A stretch of 64,000 nucleotides of DNA from Armatimonadota bacterium (GTDB lineage Bacteria > Armatimonadota > SYMT01). Below the pieces are notes generated by a model, which was not told the origin of the DNA, ran no database searches, and saw nothing but the letters and a program-made list of their open reading frames with translations. The position numbers were made by a program, and so were the translations under genes. Where the stretch lies: the NCBI GenBank assembly GCA_041690135.1, contig JAWLHY010000002.1, positions 32,001 to 96,000 of the forward strand, given 5' to 3'. Each line of letters starts with the position of its first letter. The stretch's first letter is position 1. Positions 20,442 to 30,446 of the stretch are shown here, in pieces.

Positions 20442-21023
20442 TCACCCTTCAAGCTCATGGAGGGATTCGGCGCCACGGCTTCGTAGGTAGGCGGCGATCT
20501 CGGGGTATTGATCACAGGAATCCAGCGCCGTGCGCCGACTGCCCGTCTCGGGATGCACTTCCACAGCATTGATCTCTGCGCCCGCATCCACGAGTACCTT
20601 CACCGCCTCGAGTTGTCCCCAGGAGCACGCGTATCCGAGGGCCATTTCGCCCCAGTCGTTACGTTTTCCCGGGTCCGCACCGTGGCGTAAGAGGAGCCGC
20701 AGCTTCTCCACGTTCCCCGTGCAGGCCGCCTTCTGCAGTACCGTCTGCGGAGTGTTCGCCTGGCCGGCATCCGGGTGCAGGCCGGCTGTGAAGGCGGTCT
20801 CCAGCAGGCCCGGCGCCTCCTCATCCAGGACTTGCATGAGCCCTCCCGCGTCCCCTTCGTAGTGGTGAAGTTCCGGAAAGTCGCGGACCAGGGCTTCCAC
20901 TGCCGCTGCATCGTGCCTGCGAACAGCGGCACAGAACCTGCGGTACAGTCGCTTCACTCCTGCTTCTGCCTCCTCTAGGTCGATGCCCGTCCCCACCGCC
21001 AGCGTGAAACCGGTTCGCCTCAT
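20442..21023 (-). CDS. ankyrin-repeat protein
   Basis: LLLRHGADP, ALGYACSWGQLEAVKVLVDAGAEIN. Confidence 0.85.
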   Translation of the reverse strand: MRRTGFTLAVGTGIDLEEAEAGVKRLYRRFCAAVRRHDAAAVEALVRDFPELHHYEGDAGGLMQVLDEEAPGLLETAFTAGLHPDAGQANTPQTVLQKAACTGNVEKLRLLLRHGADPGKRNDWGEMALGYACSWGQLEAVKVLVDAGAEINAVEVHPETGSRRTALDSCDQYPEIAAYLRSRGAESLHELEG

Positions 21024-21197
21024 CCGGAATCTGCCGCAGGTCGAGAACGACCTGTCTTCGAATCAACTTTCGGAAGGATGTTCCGGCGCTGACACCTCTT
21101 CCCTGCGCCCGTAGCTACATCGAGTTCGGAGACATCAGCGGTGCGCATACGCAACTCGTCTCCTCTACCGTGCAGGTCAACTGCACAGCTAAATCGA

Positions 21198-22373
21198 ATG
21201 GCGGCTCCGACCCTTTTCTTACCCACTGACCGACAGCTTCCCGCTCGGGATCTCCTCCTCTGGCGCACGCGGCTCAAGGAGGTGGAGAACGCCGTGCTGC
21301 CGCCCAATACTAGGCGGCCCAATCCCCTGGTTACGGAAGACCTGGTCGTGGCCTGTGTCTTCTCTCCCGGCCAGATCGTGGCCCTCGAGCGGAACACCGG
21401 GAAGTTGCGCTGGCGGGTTCCACTCCCGTATTACGGCAACAGTTCCGCATTGGAAGTCGACGGCGTGATCTACGGGGGGGCCGCAAAGGTCCTCCTGGCC
21501 ATCGATGCTGCAACCGGAAGTGTGCTCTGGGAATTCGAACCGTACAGTTCCGAGAATGAGCGGATGTACGCTCTTCCCACCGTTGCGGGCGGACGCCTGT
21601 TCGTGGGCGATCGTCGCGGTCGCCTGCATGCTATCGCGGTGGACACCGGCAAACGCCTCTGGTCACTGTTGACTTCGCGAGCCGAGAACCGACAGGTCAA
21701 TGCGACACCAACTGTTTGGCACGATCGGGTAGTTGGCGCCAGCAATGCGAGAATGGCGTTTGCCGTGGAGTGCGCCACTGGCCGCAAGATCTGGAAGACC
21801 CCGTTGGACGCCGGCTCGATCTACGAAGTGGTGCCCTTCGGCGAGGTCATGCTGGTTCGGACTCTGGAAAGTATCTACGGGATCGCGCCGGAGAGTGGTG
21901 AGATCGTCCACCGCTGGCATTGGCCGGACGAAGAGATACGCGCCATGGAAGTAGCGGGAGGAGTGCTGTTTACCGTCCGGACCAGAGACTACCGCGTCCG
22001 GGACCGCCCGCCGGGCGAGCCTCACCGGAGAAGCGGAGACTTTCTCGCGGCCGAACGGGACGGAAAGGAGCTCTGGCGGATACCCTATCCACTCTACCTT
22101 TCGGGCAACCCGCGTTGGGACGAGAGCACGGGATACTTGTTGGAAGGAACAGAGGTGGGGTTAGGAATCGTTGATCCAACTTCCGGCACGCGAACGCTCC
22201 AGGTTTTTGGGTTCGCGAGAAGGCGAGCCGGAGGAAACGACGACGGGATCGGCATTCCCGGCTCTTGGAATGACAAGATCTACGTTATGACGCGCAACGG
22301 CACGGTCTGCGCCCTCCGTGGGGAGCCGTTTCAGCAGGAAGACGTCCGGGGATTCCAATCGGGGGCTGGCTGA
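21198..22373 (+). CDS. PQQ-binding-like (BamB-type) beta-propeller protein
   Basis: Repeated A(I/L)DxxTGxxxW blades. Confidence 0.85.
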   Translation: MAAPTLFLPTDRQLPARDLLLWRTRLKEVENAVLPPNTRRPNPLVTEDLVVACVFSPGQIVALERNTGKLRWRVPLPYYGNSSALEVDGVIYGGAAKVLLAIDAATGSVLWEFEPYSSENERMYALPTVAGGRLFVGDRRGRLHAIAVDTGKRLWSLLTSRAENRQVNATPTVWHDRVVGASNARMAFAVECATGRKIWKTPLDAGSIYEVVPFGEVMLVRTLESIYGIAPESGEIVHRWHWPDEEIRAMEVAGGVLFTVRTRDYRVRDRPPGEPHRRSGDFLAAERDGKELWRIPYPLYLSGNPRWDESTGYLLEGTEVGLGIVDPTSGTRTLQVFGFARRRAGGNDDGIGIPGSWNDKIYVMTRNGTVCALRGEPFQQEDVRGFQSGAG

Positions 22374-22448
22374 CCGAAGACCGCACTGGCGGCCGTCTCC
22401 CCGGATTCAAATCCGGGGCTGGCTGACCAAAGACCGCCTGCGCGGTCT
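22345..22448 (-). repeat. two REP-like units left of the transposase
   Basis: 22345-22384 (degenerate) and 22398-22448 TCCCCGGATTCAAATCCGGGGCTGGCTGACCAAAGACCGCCTGCGCGGTCT. Confidence 0.85.
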
Positions 22449-22538
22449 GCGAAAGCGGTCTTGCAAGACTTGCTGCCTCACTTTTCGAAATGAACCCTGT
22501 CTGGAGAAGGAACTCACAGGGATTGTGGAGGGAGGCCC

Positions 22539-22973
22539 ATGCCACGGTCGTGCATCTCGGTGTATTTGCATCTCGTGTGGGCGACGTGGGATCGACTGCC
22601 GTTGATCTCTCCGGAAATGGAGGAGCCGCTCCATGCCTGCATCCTCCGGGAATGCCGGGAGCTTCGGTGCCAGCCCTTCGCCGTGGGTGGGATCGAAGAC
22701 CACGTCCACACGCTGGTGCAGATCCCTTCGACGATCACCATCGCCGAACTGGTCAAGCAACTGAAGGGTTCGTCGTCCCATTTCGCCAACCACTGCTTGA
22801 GCCCCGATAGGCAATTCAAGTGGCAGGGCACGTATGGGTCCTTCAGCGTAAACCCGCACGAGGTGGACCGCGTCCGCCATTACATCCAGCGTCAACGCGA
22901 ACACCACCATTCCGGTGACCTCTGGCCCGACTGGGAGAAATCGGCCGAGTACGACGACCGAGGCGGGTTGTGA
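22539..22973 (+). mobile_element. tnpA: Y1 HUH transposase (IS200/IS605 TnpA fold), probably REP-associated (RAYT-like)
   Basis: HLVWAT, EDHVH (HUH), LKGSSS, WQGTYGSFSV, YIQRQ catalytic Tyr; flanked by inverted REP-like units; no TnpB. Confidence 0.9.
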
Positions 22974-23060
22974 GGAACGCTTTCATCAGAGTGTCTGGCT
23001 TTCCGGCGGCAGGATTGGGACACAGAGGCTCCACGCATTCCTTGTGTGCGCACGAAATCG

Positions 23061-23112
23061 GAGTCCGCGTAGGCGGACTTTGGTCAGTCAGCCCCGGATT
23101 TGAATCCGGGGA
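23061..23112 (+). repeat. REP-like unit right of the transposase (inverted relative to the left copies)
   Basis: GAGTCCGCGTAGGCGGACTTTGGTCAGTCAGCCCCGGATTTGAATCCGGGGA. Confidence 0.85.
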
Positions 23113-23163
23113 GGAGAACTCCGGGGAGCAAGCGCAGGTCCTAACTGCGAGAGGCGAGTAGCC

Positions 23164-24369
23164 ATGTCGAATTCGGTGAGTGGAATAGTGGTCGGCCTAT
23201 GCCTGTGGGCGACGGGGCTGGTGTGCCTGGGCGTGCCCGGAACTGCAGCATCCGGGGAGAAAGCGGCAGATGACCCGCTGGCGCCATGGCGCTCCGGGGT
23301 GCGAGTGTACCCGGCGGCGGGCGACGAGGACCGGCACACCATCCATTCCTATTTCAACACCTCCCCCGAGAGCCCGGACGGTAAGTGGGTCCTGTTCTTC
23401 GCCTCCACCACGGTCGACGGTCACTCCGGGGAAATCCGCATCCGGGAGCGCGCCACCGGTAAGGAACGGGTACTGGCACGAAACGTCTCGACCGAAGACG
23501 CGCACCGGGCCGCGTGCCAGCAGTGGGTCTCCGGCGGCAAGCGGGTGGTCTACCACGATGTGCGGGAGGGTCGCTGGCTGGTGGCGGTCGTGGACCTGGA
23601 TACCGGCAAAGAGCGCATCCTGGCGCGAGACCGGCAGCTTTGCTGGGGCCAGCCGCACAGCGATTGGGTGCCGCTGTACGGATGCCACTGGAACCCGGGC
23701 GAGCACCGCGACCTGGAGTTGTTGAACGTCGCGACGGGTGAGATTCGCCGCGCCGCCACGGCGGAGGGGGTCCGGAAAGCCTATCCGGAGTGGGTCGCGC
23801 GGGAGTTCGGCGAGCGCCCGATCTCGATCTTCTTTCCGGAGCTGAGCCCCGATCTCAAGCGCGTCTTCTTCAAGATCGCTACCCCCGGCGGCGGGGACTT
23901 CCGCAGCAAGAACGCGAGTCATCGCCAGGGATTGGTGGTATACGACCTGGAACAGAGCCGCTTCGTGATGCTCCGCGAGAAATGGGGCCATCCCGCGTGG
24001 CTGCCGAACTCCCGGGAAATCCTGGAGATGGGACCGATCCGCATCGACAGCGAGAGCGGCGCTGTCGCCCCCGTACCGGGACTCCCGCGCTTTTCCGGCT
24101 CCCACCCCTCCGCCAGCCCGGACGGAAAACTCTTCGTGACGGACCTGGAGTTCAGAGAAGATAATGGGCACCGGGGAGAGTGGGGTGTGGCGGTCGGCGA
24201 CTTGCGCGGGGAACGCCACCAACTGCTCTACCGGTTCGACAACACGCGCGGCGCGCGTTCCTGGCGGGTTTCGCACCCCCACCCGGTCTTCAGCGCCGAC
24301 GGCAAGCGGATCTACTTCAACGTCAGCCAAGACGAACGGACGCGACTGTACGTCGCGGAAGCGAAATGA
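23164..24369 (+). CDS. exported TolB-like / oligogalacturonate-lyase-like beta-propeller
   Basis: SPDGKWVLF, SPDGKLFV, HPHPVFSADGKRIYFN. Confidence 0.75.
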   Translation: MSNSVSGIVVGLCLWATGLVCLGVPGTAASGEKAADDPLAPWRSGVRVYPAAGDEDRHTIHSYFNTSPESPDGKWVLFFASTTVDGHSGEIRIRERATGKERVLARNVSTEDAHRAACQQWVSGGKRVVYHDVREGRWLVAVVDLDTGKERILARDRQLCWGQPHSDWVPLYGCHWNPGEHRDLELLNVATGEIRRAATAEGVRKAYPEWVAREFGERPISIFFPELSPDLKRVFFKIATPGGGDFRSKNASHRQGLVVYDLEQSRFVMLREKWGHPAWLPNSREILEMGPIRIDSESGAVAPVPGLPRFSGSHPSASPDGKLFVTDLEFREDNGHRGEWGVAVGDLRGERHQLLYRFDNTRGARSWRVSHPHPVFSADGKRIYFNVSQDERTRLYVAEAK

Positions 24370-24492
24370 CAGGATGTTCCCACCGTGAACCACAGTCGCA
24401 AGTGGCGCCGCCGCAAGCGTGAGCTACCAGGTTCCGTCGAACCAGCAGCCTGGGGGGCCAGGCCACGGGACAAACCGGCATCATCTGCCGCG

Positions 24493-24607
24493 GAGTCCGC
24501 GCAGGCGGACTTCGGTCAGTCAGCCCCGGATTTCAATCCGGGGAGGCGGTCCGCGAGCTGGTGTGGGTGCGGACTTCGGTCAGTTAGCCCCGGATTTGAG
24601 TCCGGGA
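24493..24607 (+). repeat. two further REP-like units
   Basis: 24493-24544 and 24569-24607 match the 23061 unit. Confidence 0.85.
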
Positions 24608-24625
24608 CCGTTCCGGGATGTGAGC

Positions 24626-26077
24626 TTAGCCGAAGATTCCGGTCACGGGTCGTCCGTCATCAATCAGGGGCGTAGGCCGGCCCTCGGAATCTTCCAGCAT
24701 CATCTCGGGATCGAGACCCTGCGCCCAGTAAAGGGTGGCGGCCAGGTCCTCGGGCCGCACCGGGTTTTCATCCGGGAAGGCGGCCTCCGCGTCAGAGCTT
24801 CCGTAGCAGATGCCGCCGCGGACTCCGGCCCCCGCAATGAGCGCTGGGAAGAGGGTGCTCCAGTGGTCGCGCCCCCAGCGGGCGTTCGCCTTGGGGGTGC
24901 GGCCCATCTCACCCAGCATCACCACCAGAGTGTCATGCAGCATGCCCCGATCGTGGAGATCCTCCAGCAGCGCCGCGGCGGCTTGGTCGGTGGTGGGGAG
25001 CAGGTGGTTCTTCACGTCGTCGCTGTGCACGTGGGAGTCCCAGCCGTACCCGTCGATCGTCTCGTAGTGGACCGTCACGAACCGTACGCCGGCCTCCACC
25101 AGGCGCCGAGCCAGCAGGCAGGACTGGCCGAACAGGTGCCGTCCGTACCGGTCCCGGACCTTGGCCGGTTCGGACTGAAGATCCAGCGCCTTCCGCGCCC
25201 GGTCCGAGCTGATCAGGCCCAGCGCGCGCTGTTGGAAACGGTCGTAGCTGGCGAACTGGGCGTCCCCATCCAGCCGGTCCAGGCGCGCTTCGAACTGCTG
25301 AAGCAGCGTGCGCCGCTTCGAGAGCCGGTCGATCTGAACCTCCTTCGGCGAGGAGAGCCCCTGGAGTTGGAAGGTCAACTCCGCGTCCGTGCAGTCCCGC
25401 CAGTAGGGGTTGTCCGTCAGGTTGCGTTTGTCGACCGTGGTGGTCAGTGGGTTATAGGCCTGCCCCAACCAGCCCGCGTACTCCCCAGGGCGCAGGTACT
25501 GGCCCATCTGCTCCAGCCGGCCGAGCCGGTTGGGCAGCACGGCATAGGCAGGAAGGTCGCGCTGCAGGCCGCACGGCTCATGCTGGGCGGTGTACTCCAC
25601 CACGGAGCCGACAGAGGGCCAGTCTTTCGAAGTGGCGTTGAACCCGCCGCCGATGGGAATGTGCCAGCGCTTCCCGGTCTGGATGTAATGTCCGCCGCCG
25701 CTGTGATCGTTGAAATCGTGCGTCATCGTGCGGATGACGCAGTAACGGTGGGAAATCTGGGCGAGACGGGGGAGCGCTTCCGAGATCAGGAGGCCGTCGG
25801 TCCGGCTGGGGATCGGCTTGAGGGGGCCCCGCACCTGGGTCGGCGCCTCGGGCTTCAGGTCGAAGGTCTCGAGCTGACTCGGCCCACCGAAGAGAAAGAG
25901 GAAGATCACCGACTTCGCCCGCCCTGGTCGCCGGGCAGGTGCGTTACCCCGTGCCTCTTCCGCCGCCAGAACCCTCGGCAGCGAGAGGCCCAGCAAGCCG
26001 GCGCCGCCGGCCTGAAGTAACTGCCGCCGCGACATCCCGTCGCAGACCCGAGTTCCACGTGTGGTGATCGAGAGCAT
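24626..26077 (-). CDS. DUF1501 domain protein
   Basis: SRRQLL, GGPSQLETFDLKPEAP, LLARRLVEAGV, GEMGRTPK, GRDHW. Confidence 0.92.
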   Translation of the reverse strand: MLSITTRGTRVCDGMSRRQLLQAGGAGLLGLSLPRVLAAEEARGNAPARRPGRAKSVIFLFLFGGPSQLETFDLKPEAPTQVRGPLKPIPSRTDGLLISEALPRLAQISHRYCVIRTMTHDFNDHSGGGHYIQTGKRWHIPIGGGFNATSKDWPSVGSVVEYTAQHEPCGLQRDLPAYAVLPNRLGRLEQMGQYLRPGEYAGWLGQAYNPLTTTVDKRNLTDNPYWRDCTDAELTFQLQGLSSPKEVQIDRLSKRRTLLQQFEARLDRLDGDAQFASYDRFQQRALGLISSDRARKALDLQSEPAKVRDRYGRHLFGQSCLLARRLVEAGVRFVTVHYETIDGYGWDSHVHSDDVKNHLLPTTDQAAAALLEDLHDRGMLHDTLVVMLGEMGRTPKANARWGRDHWSTLFPALIAGAGVRGGICYGSSDAEAAFPDENPVRPEDLAATLYWAQGLDPEMMLEDSEGRPTPLIDDGRPVTGIFG

Positions 26078-26415
26078 GGGCTCTCCCTCCCTCATGGCCG
26101 GAGAATCGTCCGGTCCTCTTCCAGTGGTTTGAGAGTGAGGATGCGCACGTAGGTTTCGACGTTCCGTTCGTTTCCTGCAGCAAGTTTCGGCGCTTGATGA
26201 TCCGGCGTAGCATCTTCACCGCGACAGGTCGGTAGCTTTCGCCGAGGGCTTCCTCTTTAACAAGGGGAGACGTCCGGAGCTTATTCCGGCGACGGGGGCA
26301 CATGGGACCCCTGAAACAGCAAAAGCGCAATGATTTCCGTGCCTACGGAAACGAAACTCGGGAGCGGTTCGGGTGTCTCCTCCTTCAGATAGCATTTTGC
26401 GCGAGAGAGGCCCTG

Positions 26416-27744
26416 ATGAAGATCGAGTTTGGCGGACAGAACACGAACTGTGCCGGAACGTCGCGCCGGAACTTCCTCAAGATCGGAACGTTGGCGGCGC
26501 TGGGCGTGTCCCTACCGGACCTCATCCGGCAGCGCGAGGCCGCAGCCGCGGCCGGCAAGAAACCGGCCAACATGATCTTTCTCTGGCTGGACGGCGGCCC
26601 CTCGCACATGGAGACCTTCGACCTGAAGCCCGAGGCGCCGGCCGAGGTGCGGGGCGAGTTCAAGCCGATCGAGACGAACGTCTCCGGCATCCGGATTTGC
26701 GAGCACATGCCGAAGACGGCGCAGGCGATGGATCTCTTCACCATCCTCCGCTCCGTGACGCATAACGATTCCAATCACGGCGCGGGCAACCACCTGATGA
26801 CCACTGGCATGTCCACCCCCGTGCCGGTGGGCTGCGGCAACTCGGTGAGCTACCACCCCTCCATGGGCTCGTTCACCGCGCACGAGCGACAGGCACCCCA
26901 CGGACTGCCGGGTTACATCACGCTGGGCCGCCCGATGCGCTCCGGTGGTCCCAACTTCCTGGGCGCCGCCTATTCGCCGCTGGTGGTCCCGGGCGACCCG
27001 AACAGCGATGCCTTCCAGGTGAAGGACGTGACGCTGCCCAAGGGTGTGGACGACGTGCGCCTCGATGCCCGGCGCCGCCTGATGTCGCAGCTCGATCGGC
27101 TGCAGCGCGTGGCCGAGTCGCCGAGCGACCCTATCCGGTCGATGGATAGCTACGCCGAGAAGGCGTACGACCTCGTCACCTCCCCGCAGGCGCGGGCGGC
27201 CTTCGATATCAAGAAGGAAGACCCCAAGCTCCGTGAACAGTACGGCCGGAACAACATTGGCCAGCAGTTCCTCCTGGCGCGGCGGCTGGTGGAAGCCGGC
27301 GTGCCGTGGGTCAGCGTCCACTGGGGCGGGTGGGACCACCACTTCAACCTCTTCAACGACATGAAACGGATGCTCCCCATCCTCGATCCCGCCTTCTCCA
27401 CGCTCCTGCGGGACCTGAAGGACCGCGGGCTGCTCGATTCCACCCTCGTGGTGCTGCTGGGCGAGTTCGGCCGCACGCCGAAGATCAACGCGGGGCCCGG
27501 TCGCGACCACTGGGGACCCGGCATGGCGGTGGCGATCGCCGGTGCAGGCGTTCCCGGCGGGCAGGTGATCGGCTCTACCACTCCCGACGGCGGCTACGCG
27601 GACGAGCGCCCGCTTTCCCCGCAGGATCTCTCCTGCACGATCTTCCACAAGCTGGGCGTGGACTACCGCAAGGAGTACCACAACGAAGTCGGCCGCCCTA
27701 CCGCGATGGTCCGCGGCGGCGAGCCGATCCGCGAGATCGTCTGA
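26416..27744 (+). CDS. DUF1501 domain protein
   Basis: SRRNFL, GGPSHMETFDLKPEAP, GEFGRTPKIN, GRDHW. Confidence 0.92.
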   Translation: MKIEFGGQNTNCAGTSRRNFLKIGTLAALGVSLPDLIRQREAAAAAGKKPANMIFLWLDGGPSHMETFDLKPEAPAEVRGEFKPIETNVSGIRICEHMPKTAQAMDLFTILRSVTHNDSNHGAGNHLMTTGMSTPVPVGCGNSVSYHPSMGSFTAHERQAPHGLPGYITLGRPMRSGGPNFLGAAYSPLVVPGDPNSDAFQVKDVTLPKGVDDVRLDARRRLMSQLDRLQRVAESPSDPIRSMDSYAEKAYDLVTSPQARAAFDIKKEDPKLREQYGRNNIGQQFLLARRLVEAGVPWVSVHWGGWDHHFNLFNDMKRMLPILDPAFSTLLRDLKDRGLLDSTLVVLLGEFGRTPKINAGPGRDHWGPGMAVAIAGAGVPGGQVIGSTTPDGGYADERPLSPQDLSCTIFHKLGVDYRKEYHNEVGRPTAMVRGGEPIREIV

Positions 27745-27886
27745 CCAGGAACGGCGTAATCACCGCAGAGACGCAAAGAACCGCAAAGGGCCGCAAAGAG
27801 AGTGGAAGTAGGGCGGGATGAATGTGTATGGTCAAGAATTGATCTGTCCGAATGGCTACTGCAAGTTCTACGGACATATCCGCAGT

Positions 27887-29608
27887 ATGACCCCATTTCT
27901 CTTTCGCTCTTTTCTCTCCGTGGTATTCTCCGTGTCTCGGGTACCTACGCTAGTGGGTGATCTCCGTGGTAAAGAGGCCGCCATGCTGGCGGTGTTGTTG
28001 GTACCGAGTGTGGCGCACGCGCAGGGGAGTTTGAGCCGCGTATCGCCGAACGGTGGGCGGGCTGGGTCGCAGATCACGCTTAACTTCGGGGGAGACCAGA
28101 TTCCCGAGACGGCAACCCTCGTGGTTCACGGCGACGGTATTCGTCCACTCGGTCCGTTCCAAAAAGGCGTCGGCAAGATCGAGATCGCGGCGGACGCCAA
28201 ACCGGGCATGCGCGAGCTGCGGCTCGTCGGACCTAAAGGCGCCACCAGCCCGCGTCCGTTCGCGATCGGCACGCTGCCGGAATTGGATGAGAAGGAGCCC
28301 AACAACCGCCTCGACCAGGCGCAGAAGCTCGATTCCTTCCCGGTCACGCTGAACGGCACCCTCCCGACCCGGCCCGACATCGACGTCTTCCAGATCGCGC
28401 TCAAGAAGGGCGAGTGCCTGGTGGTGGCCGGCGAGTCCCGCGGGCTAGGGGCTCCCACCAACCTGCTGGTGCGGGTCCGGGATGCCCAGGCGCGCGAGTT
28501 GCTGATTCAGATGGATCACCGCACCCGCGATCCGCTGGTCGGGTTCACGGCGCCCGCGGACGGCACATACTTCCTGGAGCTCCAGGAAGTGATGAACAAC
28601 TACAGCGGCATCAACGCCGACTACGTTTATCGTGTGACGGTCACCAAGGGCCCCTGGGTCGATTACACGTTTCCACCGAGCGTGCAGCGCGGCGCGCCGG
28701 CGCGGGTCACCGCCGTCGGCTGGAACCTGGGGGGCAAAAGCGGCCCCTCGCAGGTGGAGGTCGAAGCGACCGTCCCCACGGATGCCGGGGTAACGTACCC
28801 GCTCGCCGTGCCCGGAGTACCCTATCCGATACCGGTGGCGGTCGGTCCCGCTCCGCATTCGCTGGAGAAGGAGCCCGAGGACCCCGCCCTGGCGGTGCCC
28901 GTGCCGGTTCCCGGAACCGTGTCTGGAGCCTTCGGTGCACCAGGAGACGTGGACCGCTTCCTGTTCAGCGCCAAAGCCAAAGACGTGCTGGAACTGGATG
29001 TCGATGCCCGTGAGCTGACCTCGTTTGCGGACCCGGTGATGGTGGTCCTCGATGCTTCCGGAAAGACCATCGCCACCGCCGACGACGCGGACGGCACCCG
29101 CGATCCGCGCCTGCTCTGGACCGCTCCCGCGGACGGCAACTACACCGTGGTGCTGCGCGACGTGGCCTCCGGATCGCGAGGGGGACCGGACTTCTTCTAC
29201 CGCCTCACGGTGGCCAAACCGGAGCCGTCACTCCAGGTGACTACCAAGGACCCAACGCTCGTACTGAAACCCGGCGCCAAGCTGGAGGTCGAGCTTAGCA
29301 TCACCCAGGCCTATCAGCCGGGAGAGATCGCCTTCCAGGTGGAAGGTCTCCCGGCGGGCGTGACCGCGACCGTCCCCGAGGTAGCCGGATCCGCCCGTAA
29401 GGCGGGCAAGGCCACCGCGAAGCTGACGCTCACCGCGGCGGCCGACGCCAAGCCCGGTCATGCCCTGATCCGGGTGACCGCAACCCCGGCCGGCCAGCCC
29501 GCGCTCAACACCTCCGTCACCGCCGGATGGGACCTCTCCAAGGACCGCAGCGGCGTGCTCGTCACCGGCAAGACGGACGGTCTGCTACTGCTGATCCCCG
29601 CTCCGTAG
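27887..29608 (+). CDS. PPC (pre-peptidase C-terminal) domain protein
   Basis: EKEPNN..AQ, DxDxF, DP..., FTAPADGTY repeats; start uncertain. Confidence 0.85.
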   Translation: MTPFLFRSFLSVVFSVSRVPTLVGDLRGKEAAMLAVLLVPSVAHAQGSLSRVSPNGGRAGSQITLNFGGDQIPETATLVVHGDGIRPLGPFQKGVGKIEIAADAKPGMRELRLVGPKGATSPRPFAIGTLPELDEKEPNNRLDQAQKLDSFPVTLNGTLPTRPDIDVFQIALKKGECLVVAGESRGLGAPTNLLVRVRDAQARELLIQMDHRTRDPLVGFTAPADGTYFLELQEVMNNYSGINADYVYRVTVTKGPWVDYTFPPSVQRGAPARVTAVGWNLGGKSGPSQVEVEATVPTDAGVTYPLAVPGVPYPIPVAVGPAPHSLEKEPEDPALAVPVPVPGTVSGAFGAPGDVDRFLFSAKAKDVLELDVDARELTSFADPVMVVLDASGKTIATADDADGTRDPRLLWTAPADGNYTVVLRDVASGSRGGPDFFYRLTVAKPEPSLQVTTKDPTLVLKPGAKLEVELSITQAYQPGEIAFQVEGLPAGVTATVPEVAGSARKAGKATAKLTLTAAADAKPGHALIRVTATPAGQPALNTSVTAGWDLSKDRSGVLVTGKTDGLLLLIPAP

Positions 29609-29742
29609 GGAATGCGTTCTTCTGTGTCGGCGCACCTGCAGGTTCCGTTGAACCCGCAATGGCAAAGGACCGCCGCAGGTCCGACTTGTCACGTCCGGCC
29701 TTATTTACCTTATGGTGAGGGAGTTGCGGCGGAGGCCGATCT

Positions 29743-30018
29743 ATGGAGGATCAGCAGAAGCTACTGCGTGAGCGGCAAGAACTTGAGACGCTTCAGTCAG
29801 GCGAAGCTCTTGAGTTAGACCGCTCGAGCCAGAAGGCAGAGGATCGAGAGGCGAACTACCTGGCCTCGGCAACACGGCGGCTTCGCACCGAGCGTGAACA
29901 CCTGGAGTTCACGAATGGTGATTTGCGGGCATTGGCTGCGCGCAAAGAAGAATTGGCTGAGCGGCTCGAACAGGTAATCCGGGAAACCAGGACGGAACGA
30001 GACGCCCCAGCACGTTAA
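29743..30018 (+). CDS. small coiled-coil hypothetical protein
   Basis: E/L/R-rich heptads; GGAGG upstream. Confidence 0.35.
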   Translation: MEDQQKLLRERQELETLQSGEALELDRSSQKAEDREANYLASATRRLRTEREHLEFTNGDLRALAARKEELAERLEQVIRETRTERDAPAR

Positions 30019-30446
30019 CGGGGCATTTGCCTCACAGGCTCCCATTTGCCCTCAAGGCGGGGAGTCTCACACGGCAGAACGGGTGCCAGCCCAAGACTTA
30101 CCGTAGTGCATTCCGGGTGCGGGGGCACGATCCTGGTCGGGGACGGCCCTATGCTCCGCCGGGTGTACGACCGCGACCCTACCGTCTGCACTGCGGCTAC
30201 CGACTTACAATCCGGGTGCGGATGCATGAGTCCTGTTTTGGGGACAGCCCCTGCTTTGCCGCGCGTACGACCCAACCTTACCCCCACAACTCCGGGCCGA
30301 GAGCGGCGTCTCCTGCAACTCGAACAGCAGGAAACCCGCGACCTACTCGCCCGTCTCGAAGTGCTTGAGCGCCGCATCGAAGCCCTCACAGACCAACTTG
30401 AGGATCTCCGCGGAGGCGAGGAGTAGGCCGCATTGGCTCTCGCAGG

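Noticed and set aside
22539-22973. IS605/TnpB RNA-guided element
   Set aside because: No TnpB/IscB ORF is adjacent, and the flanks are multi-copy REP-like units.
30046-30426. ORF with C-terminal coiled coil
   Set aside because: Start is unclear, the N-terminal part is not protein-like and no family was recognised; too weak to list.
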